Made by a program: the position numbers and the translations under genes. This document shows positions 1 through 9,594 of a stretch of DNA of 64,000 nucleotides, piece by piece. Within the stretch, counting starts at the first letter, position 1. Each line of letters opens with the position of its first letter. The DNA comes from Nitrososphaerota archaeon (GTDB taxonomy: Archaea; Thermoproteota; Nitrososphaeria_A; Caldarchaeales; Calditenuaceae), in the NCBI GenBank assembly GCA_038845265.1, contig JAWBQR010000003.1:32001-96000 (forward strand), written 5' to 3'. Below the pieces are notes generated by a model. It was not told the DNA's origin. It ran no database searches and saw only the letters and a list, made by a program, of their open reading frames with translations.

Positions 1-234
1 ACTCATGGAATACTGTCTTACGCTACAATAGGCGCACTAATTCTAACCGGCTACATACCATTGGCACTTCTGTTATTATTATTTATGAGAAATCCGGTAG
101 ATTTCGCTCCATTGGACAATGTATCGCCTCTTTCATTTTGGAGGAAACTATCGTTGGTTGGTATAGTGACAATGATAATTGTCACGTTTGTTGTGCTTCC
201 AGGCTCGCTTCTTTCCCCACAGTTAAGCGGGTAA
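1..234 (+). CDS. Site-2 protease (M50 family) C-terminal fragment, truncated by the window edge
   Basis: Hand translation of frame +1: THGILSYATIGALILTGYIPLALLLLLFMRNPVDFAPLDNVSPLSFWRKLSLVGIVTMIIVTFVVLPG...*; PLDNVSPLSxxRK followed by a TM helix resembles archaeal S2P C-termini. Not in the ORF track. Confidence 0.6.
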   Translation, partial: THGILSYATIGALILTGYIPLALLLLLFMRNPVDFAPLDNVSPLSFWRKLSLVGIVTMIIVTFVVLPGSLLSPQLSG

Positions 235-1261
235 AATGTCCATAGGGAACAATACATACTGATAATGATCTACTGTGAAGACGTATGGCCTGCTGTACGG
301 CCTCCTGAAGCGTATCAAATACCTTAATATCTAGAAATGGCTGGATAATAGACCTAGGAATAGGGGAGACCAGATAAATCCTAGCATATTTCCTTACTCT
401 TTCCAAAAAGTCTAAAAAGGCATATTCAAACGATAGATTAGTGTTTTTCAAGTCACTCTCAGAAACATTTTTCTTCCTAAGTCCAAGCAACCTAGTAAAT
501 TCTTTTGAGCCAATTCCTTCTATACATTCAGCAGTTAATATTATTGTACCGCCCTTTTTTACTGCCGAATAAGTTCCGAATAAGGATTGAAGGCTATGAT
601 AAAGGTTATCATCATACGGACTTCCGCCAGGCGATATTATTAAGCAGTCAAACTGATCTTTTAATTCAACATTATAGACAGAATGACAACCAGCTTTATC
701 GTAATAGAGATCAATGAGCTCCCTGCCTGGACTTTGAGCGATCCCAATGTACTGCAAATTAGGAGAAGTCTTGTCTACTACTATTTCTAATCCTAGAAAG
801 ACTTTAAGTAAAATATTGTCAAGTCCTGGCTTTATAAGTTCTGTGAGAGGAGTCATTGGATAAACATAAATAAGTTTTTTCGCTTCTTCTGTGCATTTCT
901 GAAGAACTGAAAGATTCTTCATCTGAAAAGATGGAAGTATTGTAGCATTAGACAATTTGTTCTTTAGCTCCTGAATTATCTTTAACTCCTTTCTTTCATC
1001 ACCTAGCCTCCAGCTGGTCAAGAAAATTGTAGAGTCTTCAGTATCGAAATTTTTCAATACTGTTACATATGGTTCGAGAGGATACATAAAATCAACTAAA
1101 ATTATTGCTTCTTCAATGAAAGTTCTTACTTTACTCAATTTATCTTGAAGATCTTCAGCCGCCTGGAGGCGAGGTATTGCCTCATAAATTAGCGCCTCCT
1201 CAGGAGCATCAAATGAATACTCTGCGTCACCTCGTCGAATCCAATACTCCATACCAACCAC
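182..1261 (-). CDS. Lactate racemase (LarA/DUF2088)-like protein, apparently degenerate
   Basis: C-terminal motif SPGGSPYDDNLYHS...KKGGTIILTAECIEGIG and the ending IVPYG match the LarA C-domain; N-terminal half is divergent. Confidence 0.65.
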   Translation of the reverse strand: MVGMEYWIRRGDAEYSFDAPEEALIYEAIPRLQAAEDLQDKLSKVRTFIEEAIILVDFMYPLEPYVTVLKNFDTEDSTIFLTSWRLGDERKELKIIQELKNKLSNATILPSFQMKNLSVLQKCTEEAKKLIYVYPMTPLTELIKPGLDNILLKVFLGLEIVVDKTSPNLQYIGIAQSPGRELIDLYYDKAGCHSVYNVELKDQFDCLIISPGGSPYDDNLYHSLQSLFGTYSAVKKGGTIILTAECIEGIGSKEFTRLLGLRKKNVSESDLKNTNLSFEYAFLDFLERVRKYARIYLVSPIPRSIIQPFLDIKVFDTLQEAVQQAIRLHSRSLSVCIVPYGHFTRLTVGKEASLEAQQT

Positions 1262-1285
1262 TAAAAGTGTATCATGGTTAAATTT

Positions 1286-2710
1286 TTAGTCAGATATTAT
1301 TCTCCCCCATGTAGAGTGAAATATTCCTTCCTTATCTATTCTCTTAAACATATGGGCTCCGAAGTAGTCTCTTAATGCCTGTATCAAGTTAGCTGGCAGT
1401 CTCCTACTTGTTACTGAATATAAGTAATTGATGATACTTGAAGTAACAGGAACCGGGACTTTATAATTAAAAGCAAGCTGGAGATACTTAATCATGCTTG
1501 GAAGCCGAGAATTAATATCATCAGAATAATAATTTAATATTTTACTAATAGGATTTACAAATGACTCCTTGTCCTTTAATATCGTGTAGATTTCTTGTAT
1601 TATCCGTGATCTTATGATGCATCCTGCCCTCCAGACCTTGGCAGCATCAGCTACGTTAAGGCCGTACTTCAGTGCTGTGGATCCTTCATGAAGGATATCG
1701 AGTCCTTGAATATATGATGCAATAAAACAGAGTTTAAGAGTATCTCTTACTATTTCTATATCCATTTGTGCCTCGCTCATTGCGGCATAGGGTGAATCCT
1801 TTAAGATTCCTAATGATGAGTAAAGCCTTCTTCGCGTAGATATGAGTCTAGAGGTTACTGCTTCCTCAATTGAAGGTGCTGGGACGCCTAGCTCGATGGC
1901 TGCTTGGCTAGTCCAGAGTCCTGTGCCTTTTTGCTCTGCCTCATCGAGAATCAAATCGACGAGGGGACTTCCTGTTTCCTCATCCCTAAACTTTAATACA
2001 TTCGCCGCTGCCTCTATAAGAAATGACGACAATTCCCCTTTATTAAATTCGGCAAACAGGTCACCTATTATTTCTGACCTTAGTCCATAGACTGTTGATA
2101 AAAAATGATATGCCTCGGCTATTGCCTGCATGATAGAATATTCTATCCCGTTATGCACTGTTTTTACAAAGTGTCCAGCTCCCCCCGTACCAAAATATGC
2201 AACACAGGGAGTTCCATCAAACTTTGCAGAAATTTTTTCAAGAATCTCACCCACAAGTAAATATCCATCGATACTTCCTCCAACCATTATTGAGGGCCCC
2301 TTTAGTGCTCCCTCCTCTCCTCCACTTACTCCTACCCCCAAGAAATGAATTCCCCGCATTGTTAAGTCAATATATCTTCTATCACTATCTTTGAAATGGG
2401 AATTTCCACAATCTATAATTACGTCTCCTTTATCCAACAATGATTTAAGTAGGCTTATCACCTCATCGACTGGCGCTCCTGCCTTGACAAAAATTATTAC
2501 TTTTCTAGGCTTATTGATGCTTCGAATGAATTCTGATAAGTCATAATAACCCTCTATCCCTCTAGCGGCTCCTCTCTCGCTTATGAATTTTCTAGTCTTC
2601 TCAGGTGTCCTATTGAAAACCGAGACCTTGTAGCCATTTCTAGCAAGATTAAGCGCGATAGATTCACCCATCACACCAAGCCCATATACACCAATATCGC
2701 TTCTAGGCAT
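1286..2710 (-). CDS. gnd: NADP-dependent 6-phosphogluconate dehydrogenase, decarboxylating (long form)
   Basis: GLGVMG, FNRT, VSGGEEGA, GAGHFVKTVHNGIEY, QKGTG, WRAGCIIRS, QALRDYFGAH motifs; start placed at ATG 2710 (ORF open to 2740). Confidence 0.95.
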   Translation of the reverse strand: MPRSDIGVYGLGVMGESIALNLARNGYKVSVFNRTPEKTRKFISERGAARGIEGYYDLSEFIRSINKPRKVIIFVKAGAPVDEVISLLKSLLDKGDVIIDCGNSHFKDSDRRYIDLTMRGIHFLGVGVSGGEEGALKGPSIMVGGSIDGYLLVGEILEKISAKFDGTPCVAYFGTGGAGHFVKTVHNGIEYSIMQAIAEAYHFLSTVYGLRSEIIGDLFAEFNKGELSSFLIEAAANVLKFRDEETGSPLVDLILDEAEQKGTGLWTSQAAIELGVPAPSIEEAVTSRLISTRRRLYSSLGILKDSPYAAMSEAQMDIEIVRDTLKLCFIASYIQGLDILHEGSTALKYGLNVADAAKVWRAGCIIRSRIIQEIYTILKDKESFVNPISKILNYYSDDINSRLPSMIKYLQLAFNYKVPVPVTSSIINYLYSVTSRRLPANLIQALRDYFGAHMFKRIDKEGIFHSTWGRIISD

Positions 2711-2795
2711 CTTTTCCTCTTCCCCTACGAGTCTTAGCAATCGTTATCCTATAAATCTACCTTTAATTTTGAAGAGAGGTAAGGAGGACATAATC

Positions 2796-3197
2796 ATGGC
2801 TCGATACATCAGAGCGCCAGACTTGGAGGAGTTGGTGAGGAAGATAGCTGAGAATTTATCGATGCATCATATTGATCCATCTAGAGTGAAATGTGTGAGG
2901 AGCTACCAGTCAAAATCGCTGAGAGTTTGTGCCAGGATCCATACAGCATCTAGGGCGTTCTTTACGGGTATAGGTTTTCCACCAATATATGTTATTGAGT
3001 TTGTAAGCAGCAACTTCGATAAGCTTAGTGAAGAAGAAAAAATAAAAGTAATAATTCACGAGCTTTTACACATTCCCAAGTCTTTTGGTGGAGGAATAAT
3101 AAGCCACAGTAAAATAAATTTTGATGAAGAATGTGAACGTTTATATAAATTTTTGATCAATAAAGTTGATACATCTCTTAATCCGCGAAACCAATGA
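2796..3197 (+). CDS. Putative metallopeptidase (HExxH; archaeal COG4900-like)
   Basis: KVIIHELLHIPKSFGGG motif; AGGAGG RBS upstream of ATG 2796. Confidence 0.75.
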   Translation: MARYIRAPDLEELVRKIAENLSMHHIDPSRVKCVRSYQSKSLRVCARIHTASRAFFTGIGFPPIYVIEFVSSNFDKLSEEEKIKVIIHELLHIPKSFGGGIISHSKINFDEECERLYKFLINKVDTSLNPRNQ

Positions 3198-3843
3198 CAG
3201 TGCATGGAGAGCTATCAATATCCCTGATCAGGAGCGGAGCTATTATGACCATTGAATAAAAACGAGGCTTTGATTCTAAGTTCATATCCTCCACGATTAG
3301 GAATTTAGGGTTTTTTAGGAGAATTTTATGGGCTTCTCTCCCTTCTTCCCTATGTTCTGGCGAGCTTATACTTATTGAGTCTATGCCCAATGCTCTGAGA
3401 TTAGGATAAAAATCCGAGAGATATCTCGCTGCTGAGCTTGATAAACATGGACCTTTATTGATGTATATGTCCGGATCATTAGTTCTAAAAGTCTGGACTC
3501 CTGTCCTTATCATTATCATGGATGCTTCTGATATCTCATTCTGATACTTCTCTAGATCACTTCTGAGTATAAGTTCGCTCGGCCTCTTAGGTACATCTAT
3601 TATAACCGCTTTGCTGAGCACAAAATCTTCAACACCGTGTTCGGATATGCTTTTTCCATCTTGATAAAAATGTCTCTGCGAATCTACGTGTGTACCAACG
3701 TGATTTCCCATCGAGATATACCAACTATTGCTTGAATCTCCCTTTGAAATGCTCTTAATTGGCATTATGCTTATAGGTCTCATGCCTGGATATACAGGAC
3801 TGCTGATTTCTAAGGTGTGAGAGAGAATCACGGGTTTAGTCAT
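3178..3843 (-). CDS. Cyclase/kynurenine formamidase-family metal-dependent hydrolase
   Basis: HVGTHVD (HxGTHxD) motif, GIDSISI, IVEDM, DSSPC; start placed at ATG 3843. Confidence 0.85.
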   Translation of the reverse strand: MTKPVILSHTLEISSPVYPGMRPISIMPIKSISKGDSSNSWYISMGNHVGTHVDSQRHFYQDGKSISEHGVEDFVLSKAVIIDVPKRPSELILRSDLEKYQNEISEASMIMIRTGVQTFRTNDPDIYINKGPCLSSSAARYLSDFYPNLRALGIDSISISSPEHREEGREAHKILLKNPKFLIVEDMNLESKPRFYSMVIIAPLLIRDIDSSPCTVIGFAD

Positions 3844-4002
3844 ATAGATAAGCGTTTTTTGCCCATTATTATGGATGTTCAATCATGGCCTACTAATCTA
3901 TATTTGGCCATTGCCTAAATAATCAGGCTATAAATAATGCAGAGCTGGCCAATTAAATATTGTAGGTCTTCATAAATATCGTAACGAATAGTATATCTAT
4001 GA

Positions 4003-5061
4003 ATGAAGCCTAGGGGAATTGGATTGAAGAAAGCATTAATGCTTGGGTATTGGGTGGCACAAGAGCAATATCCGCCGGATAAGCTGTTAGAATTTGCTAC
4101 TCATGCATCAGTCATAGGATTTGACATAATTGTTACGAGCGATCACTTCCATCCCTGGTGTGACAAGGGAGGTCAGGCAGGACATCCATGGATATGGCTG
4201 ACAGCTGTCGCTGAAAGAATTAAAAAGGTCGAAATAGGAACAGCAGTCACTACTCCACTATTCAGATATCATCCAGCCATAGTTGCACAAGCATTTGCAA
4301 CACTTGACTACCTATATCCAGGCAGAGTCTTTATAACAGTAGGAACAGGACATGCAATGAACGAAGTCCCGTTAGGCTTTAAGTGGCCTACATTTAAAGA
4401 GAAAGTTGAGAGGTTAAGAGAAGCAATTGAGATAATTCAGTTATTATGGAAGGGGGACTTTGTTGATTATGATGGAAAATATTATAAATTAAACAAGGCT
4501 AAATTATATACAAGTCCAAAGAAAAAAATAAAACTATATGTAGCCACATCAAATAGTAAGGTTGCCGAGATTGCGGGAGAACTCGGTGATGGCATATTAA
4601 CAAATCCGAGAGGACTTCAAAATTATCTAGAGATAGCTGCGGCAATGGAGAAAGCAGCTGAACGAGTAGGAAAGGATCCAAGTGAGCTTCATAGATGCAT
4701 GGAGTTTAAGGTCTCATATGATGTTGATTATGATAGGGCCTTTAGGGCTGCAATGTTCTGGGCACCGACAGCTATACCTAGGCAAAAAAGAGAAAAAATT
4801 TCAGATCCAAGAGAGCTTGAGGCTATGGTTGGCCCTGAGGAGGAGAAGAAAATAAAGGAAACATGGCTAATCACTAGTGATTCTGACGATATTTACAAGT
4901 CGCTGGGGGAATTTTTAAAGCTAGGATTCGATAGAGTCTACATACACAGTGCATCACCCAATGAAGAAAAATTCCTAAACCTACTTGGCCGAGAGATCCT
5001 TCCCTGGATGCGTGAATATTATGAAAGCCTCAAAGTACCATTAAGAGCATCTGCTGAATAG
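4003..5061 (+). CDS. fgd: F420-dependent LLM-class oxidoreductase, glucose-6-phosphate dehydrogenase-like
   Basis: EQYPP, SDHFHPW, RYHPAIVAQAFATL, GTGHAMNE, EFKVSYD...FWAP resemble actinobacterial Fgd; exact substrate unproven. Confidence 0.75.
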   Translation: MKPRGIGLKKALMLGYWVAQEQYPPDKLLEFATHASVIGFDIIVTSDHFHPWCDKGGQAGHPWIWLTAVAERIKKVEIGTAVTTPLFRYHPAIVAQAFATLDYLYPGRVFITVGTGHAMNEVPLGFKWPTFKEKVERLREAIEIIQLLWKGDFVDYDGKYYKLNKAKLYTSPKKKIKLYVATSNSKVAEIAGELGDGILTNPRGLQNYLEIAAAMEKAAERVGKDPSELHRCMEFKVSYDVDYDRAFRAAMFWAPTAIPRQKREKISDPRELEAMVGPEEEKKIKETWLITSDSDDIYKSLGEFLKLGFDRVYIHSASPNEEKFLNLLGREILPWMREYYESLKVPLRASAE

Positions 5062-5081
5062 ATCCGATTGCTTATTGTTGT

Positions 5082-6239
5082 TTAAGATATCACAGAATGA
5101 TACCATTTGAGAATGTATTCAGGTAGTCTGAGCCCTCTATCTCTCAGTCTATCCACAAGGTACAGTGGTATTGGGCTTGTTGCATAAGCTGCCTTGATAT
5201 AAAAATCATTAGGAGAGCCAGCTCTATATTTTGACTCTATATAGTATGAATAATCAGAGAGACTTTCAATTGTTGAGTTCTTAGTGCCGACTATGGACGC
5301 TACAATTCCGCCTAGCTTCTTAAAGTTTTTGCACCATGAAGCAACTACTTCAGTCTCACCGCTATAGGAGATCACAATAAGTACGTCGCCTGCCCTTGGG
5401 GCTGGAGTGCTTGACTCGCCGCTTACATAGACTTGATCACCAATAGCCCTTTTTACGTGTCCCAGTCTTACTGCTGTCATTCTTGCAACTTCATGACTGC
5501 TTCCAAGCCCAGCAAAAAAGCATACATGTCTACGTTCAAGAAGGTCTACAAGCGTCTTGAGAAAATCAGACTTGACGATATCTTCTACAATCAGTGTAGT
5601 CTCACCGACAAGCCTTGAGATCTTTTGGTTGATAACAGATGGAGAGGAATCTTCGTGTATGGCTTCAGCTAATGCGTGTAGTATTAATCCAGCTCCTAGT
5701 ATAAACACATCTTCAAGTATACCTACTGCCTTAAACTCTGTTGTCTCGGCTGAATCGTTATAAATTTCTCTGCCCTTAAGAATAGTTAATGTGCCGAACT
5801 TCTCACCAAGCTTACCTAAAGGTGATTCAGAATCACTCGTAATTACATCAATTCTATAATCTCTATTATTCTCAATTTTTGAGATCAATAATGCCATTTT
5901 TTGGGCGTCTACAAGTGGAATTAGTGATTTTCCACTCCCAGATAATATGAGTAATGAGACTTGGCCATACCTTTGTCTAAGAATGGGGGCTGCCATATCG
6001 ATGTCTCTTTCTGGAAAACCTATGTCTCCTCTGTCAACCACTATTTTTCCTCTACTCATCTTTGCCATCTCGCTACATACGATACTTAGGGCGCCCTTAC
6101 TTCTTCCTTCGCCACTTGGAATAATTACGCCGGCACTTTTAAGATCTATGTAGAGATTTTCTAACTGTCTAGGATTAAGTTCCGTCAGATTTTTGATTAT
6201 GCGATTCATGAATCCTACGGTACTCGCTTGTATAGACAT
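5082..6239 (-). CDS. Tandem SIS-domain sugar-phosphate isomerase (two HxlB/PHI-like domains)
   Basis: Two repeats: GEGRS...SGSGKS...TSDSESPLG and GLGSS...GESSTPAPRAGDVLIVISYSGET...NSTI; C-terminal YHSV. Confidence 0.75.
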   Translation of the reverse strand: MSIQASTVGFMNRIIKNLTELNPRQLENLYIDLKSAGVIIPSGEGRSKGALSIVCSEMAKMSRGKIVVDRGDIGFPERDIDMAAPILRQRYGQVSLLILSGSGKSLIPLVDAQKMALLISKIENNRDYRIDVITSDSESPLGKLGEKFGTLTILKGREIYNDSAETTEFKAVGILEDVFILGAGLILHALAEAIHEDSSPSVINQKISRLVGETTLIVEDIVKSDFLKTLVDLLERRHVCFFAGLGSSHEVARMTAVRLGHVKRAIGDQVYVSGESSTPAPRAGDVLIVISYSGETEVVASWCKNFKKLGGIVASIVGTKNSTIESLSDYSYYIESKYRAGSPNDFYIKAAYATSPIPLYLVDRLRDRGLRLPEYILKWYHSVIS

Positions 6240-6283
6240 TTCATCAACAATACTAGTTAGCCTTGATAAAAATATTTAATGCA

Positions 6284-7057
6284 TTAGGGTTGTCTCCATC
6301 TTGCATATTTCAATAACAATGCATTTATTAACACAGTATATAGAATTAGACCAATCCACATCAGTATTGTTTCAAAAAAACTTATGGAGACTAATTGTAT
6401 GGAAGCTTGCGCTAATCTGGCTGGGACTGTTGTCGGAATTATGTATACAAGCACTCGGAGAATTGGGTCACTAATTATGTGTACTGGGTAATATACTGGT
6501 GGGAGAAAAGATAAGATGGCCGTTAGTATTGGGCCGTATGTCCATAGGTCTTTTATGTCATTGAGGAAGCTAGATATTAGAAATGCAAGGGCCGAGACCA
6601 ACGCCCAAGTTAGTCCAATACAGGACAAGAGAATCATGCCTGAATAGAGTGTTAAATAGCCATAGACTTGTAAAAGAATAAAAAAGATCAATATTCCAGG
6701 TAGTGCGGTAATAAGATTTCCAATAGCTAGGCCCAATGAGTATGTCAATGGACCGACGGGTGAAGCAACATACATGCCTTGAAGTTTGAGGACAATTCTT
6801 AAAAATGCTGCATCACTTTCTAGAGAGATAGTTGTTGCAACCGTGATTGTTATTATTCCTCCAATCAATACATATGGTAGGTAATGGGATCCACCATAGA
6901 GATTTATGAAGAAGAGTAATGCTAAGGGGGTAATTCCATAACTTAAGCTCCAGAATGGATTTCGCTTAAAAGGCATGATACCGAAAAGTGCCATTACTGC
7001 ATAGATGGATTTGATAACTCTAATCATCTCTTTAAGCTTCATCATGAACACTGCCAC
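6284..7057 (-). CDS. ABC-2 type transporter permease
   Basis: About 6 TM segments, PPVYYP motif, directly downstream of an ABC ATPase. Confidence 0.85.
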   Translation of the reverse strand: MAVFMMKLKEMIRVIKSIYAVMALFGIMPFKRNPFWSLSYGITPLALLFFINLYGGSHYLPYVLIGGIITITVATTISLESDAAFLRIVLKLQGMYVASPVGPLTYSLGLAIGNLITALPGILIFFILLQVYGYLTLYSGMILLSCIGLTWALVSALAFLISSFLNDIKDLWTYGPILTAILSFLPPVYYPVHIISDPILRVLVYIIPTTVPARLAQASIQLVSISFFETILMWIGLILYTVLINALLLKYARWRQP

Positions 7058-7943
7058 CTACTAATGAAATAAATACGTCTTCTAATCTTATTGGTGAAAT
7101 GGTTATTTGGCAGCCCTGATTCAAAACAAGCTTAGCAACCTCATCTATATGATCTTCATCTACGTATAGTAGAAGTTTATCACCTAGATTAATTACCTGC
7201 CCATATTTTCGCAAAGCTGCTTCGGGGATGGTGCATTTAATCTCTACGCGTATCTTTGGTTTAATCTTAAATTTTATGCTCTGTAAATCTCCATATGTAA
7301 GTAGTCGGCCTCTATCCATTATGGCGATTCGATTAGATAGGACCTCTGCTTCTTCCATGTCTTGCGTCGTTAAGATAAAAGTGAAACCCCTCTTCGCGTA
7401 TTGATTGATGTATTTCCAGACATTAATCTTGCTTATAGGATCCAAACCAATCGTTGGTTCATCTAAAAAAGTGACCTCGGCTTCAGCCGCTATTGCCATC
7501 GTAACTAAGACTCTTTGACGCAGCCCTCCCGATAGTTTCGAGCAAATTACATTACGATGCTCCCAAAGATCCATCTCTCTCAAATACCTAGTTGTCCTTT
7601 CTCTCGCATCATTCATGCTTAATCCTCGTGCTGACAAATAGTAGTATACGTGTTCCCATGGTGTTGCCAAGCTGAGTGGTCTAGCCTCTTGTGGGACGAC
7701 GGCTATCAATTTTCTTACATTCTTTGCGTCTTTAAAAACATCGTAATCAAGGATCCGCACCGTTCCAGATGTCTGTCGTAACTGTGTAGTAGCTATGTTT
7801 ATGAACGTTGTCTTTCCAGCCCCGTTCCTTCCTAACAACGAGACAAGCTCGCCCCGATTAACTGTCAATGTGAAGTCCCGCAATGCCCAGTTTATCCCAT
7901 CATATGTCTTTGAGACATTAAATGCCTCTAAGACATTCTTCAT
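7032..7943 (-). CDS. ABC transporter ATP-binding protein (DrrA-like exporter)
   Basis: Walker A GRNGAGKTT, LSGG signature, Walker B FLDEPT. Confidence 0.92.
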   Translation of the reverse strand: MKNVLEAFNVSKTYDGINWALRDFTLTVNRGELVSLLGRNGAGKTTFINIATTQLRQTSGTVRILDYDVFKDAKNVRKLIAVVPQEARPLSLATPWEHVYYYLSARGLSMNDARERTTRYLREMDLWEHRNVICSKLSGGLRQRVLVTMAIAAEAEVTFLDEPTIGLDPISKINVWKYINQYAKRGFTFILTTQDMEEAEVLSNRIAIMDRGRLLTYGDLQSIKFKIKPKIRVEIKCTIPEAALRKYGQVINLGDKLLLYVDEDHIDEVAKLVLNQGCQITISPIRLEDVFISLVGGSVHDEA

Positions 7944-8035
7944 TAATATTGAAGATGCATTTTCTGAGATTAATACTATGCATTCCTGTTTAGAAATATT
8001 TATCTAAGAGAAGTAAAAATATTATATGAGGTATC

Positions 8036-8281
8036 ATGCCGATCGCGTTCGTGTTAATTAATACAGAAATTGGAGCAGAAGAAGAGGTTGTTAAGCAGAT
8101 AAAAAAGTTACCAGCCGTCAAAGAGGCATATCTAGTCTATGGTGTTTACGACATAGTAGCCAAGGTTGAGGCTGAAACGATGGATAAGCTAAAAGAGATT
8201 GTATCTTGGAATATTAGGCGCCTCGAAAAGGTGAGGTCTACATTAACTATGCTCGTCATGAGTGGTGAGCAGGGAGGTTAA
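8036..8281 (+). CDS. Stand-alone Lrp/AsnC ligand-binding (RAM) domain protein
   Basis: AFVLIN...VYGVYDIVAKVEA...IRRLEKVRSTLTM; no HTH. Confidence 0.88.
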   Translation: MPIAFVLINTEIGAEEEVVKQIKKLPAVKEAYLVYGVYDIVAKVEAETMDKLKEIVSWNIRRLEKVRSTLTMLVMSGEQGG

Positions 8282-9541
8282 ATAACTAGGACTGACGAGG
8301 TGTCTCCTGGCGGAGACGGCGACATCATAAGTTCCAATGGTTATTTTTCGCTCCTTTTTCGTTGATATAGGTTTCATATTACTCATCCTTAATTCGCATT
8401 TAGAGCATCTATATCCCTTCTCTCTTCCAAGAGATTTCATTTTTCTGCCACATCTTGGACAGGTCGGAGCCTCAAAAACCAGTTTAGGCGCCAGGTCCAA
8501 TATTTTGAGTTTCTCAATATTTAACGTTATTCCTTGGGGCTTCAGTTTTACGGCCCCATATACCTCGATGGTGTCTCCTGGAATTAGCTCTGCGATTACT
8601 TTTCTCAAATTGCCTGTCGGTTCATATGCAGCGAGCGTTATTCTGCCTGTATTGTCTTCCATTTCTATGAATACGTGCCCTCCTTCTATTACTCTTGGCC
8701 TGGAGGCTACTCTTCCAGTAATAACGACGGATTGAAGTGGAACTACATCCTTTATTCTGGTCCGTACATAATGTAAATCTGTGGCCTGGTTAGTCTTGAA
8801 AATCTCAAAGAACGCCACAGGCTCGCCTATCTTTAACATATTATAAGCAGTCACGGCATACTTATCATCTATTGACCGCACCCCAAGTAAGACTGGGCAC
8901 GGCGTATTGGGAGCTATCCTTATACAGTCCTTGTCATAGTCATAGTTATCAAAGGTAAATGGCCGGGTAGAAAGGTCCATCTTTATTACTGAATCTCGAT
9001 CAATTCTCCGAGGCTTACCCCAATTTTCAGGAGTTCTATAAGCGATAAGTTCATATGTCTTGAGCGTGGATACATCAGCTCCAGCTGCCGCTAATGCACC
9101 GACTATGCCTCGTCCCTCCTTATACACCTTATATTTTATATCAAGCTCGGAGCATAGTCTATAAGCCTCTTCAAGATCTATTATCTCTCTTAAAGTCCTC
9201 CAGTAATGCTCTATAAGACTCCCCCTCTTTTCCTCAGGAACATAGACTATTCCTGGATCAGTGCCGTCGCTTTCAAGATCAGCATACCTCTCGACTATTT
9301 CAGCGACCGTATCCTCAATCACTTGCATGTTTGTCTCATCAACTTTTAAGACAATACATAGTGCAGCATTCCCCCTAGTCTTAAATGGACAATTAGGGTT
9401 GAGTCTTACTAGCCATGGATAATCTGCCCTTCTATATCCCTTCTCTTCAAGGACTTTTAACGCCATAGCAGCGACATAAGTAGTACACATAGTCCGCTTA
9501 GAATCAGTGTCATCAATCCCTATGTACAGCGTCTTCGGCAT
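8243..9541 (-). CDS. tiaS: tRNA(Ile2) 2-agmatinylcytidine synthetase
   Basis: IGIDDTDS, LVRLNPNCPFKTRGNAA, GRGIVGALAA, TNQATD, OB fold GGHV, CPRCG...CSKC zinc ribbon. Confidence 0.93.
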   Translation of the reverse strand: MPKTLYIGIDDTDSKRTMCTTYVAAMALKVLEEKGYRRADYPWLVRLNPNCPFKTRGNAALCIVLKVDETNMQVIEDTVAEIVERYADLESDGTDPGIVYVPEEKRGSLIEHYWRTLREIIDLEEAYRLCSELDIKYKVYKEGRGIVGALAAAGADVSTLKTYELIAYRTPENWGKPRRIDRDSVIKMDLSTRPFTFDNYDYDKDCIRIAPNTPCPVLLGVRSIDDKYAVTAYNMLKIGEPVAFFEIFKTNQATDLHYVRTRIKDVVPLQSVVITGRVASRPRVIEGGHVFIEMEDNTGRITLAAYEPTGNLRKVIAELIPGDTIEVYGAVKLKPQGITLNIEKLKILDLAPKLVFEAPTCPRCGRKMKSLGREKGYRCSKCELRMSNMKPISTKKERKITIGTYDVAVSARRHLVSPSYLTSLLTTHDEHS

Positions 9542-9594
9542 CTATTTTTATTATTTCACTTACCTAAATTAGAGCTTTAATTGTCGTTCTTCAG

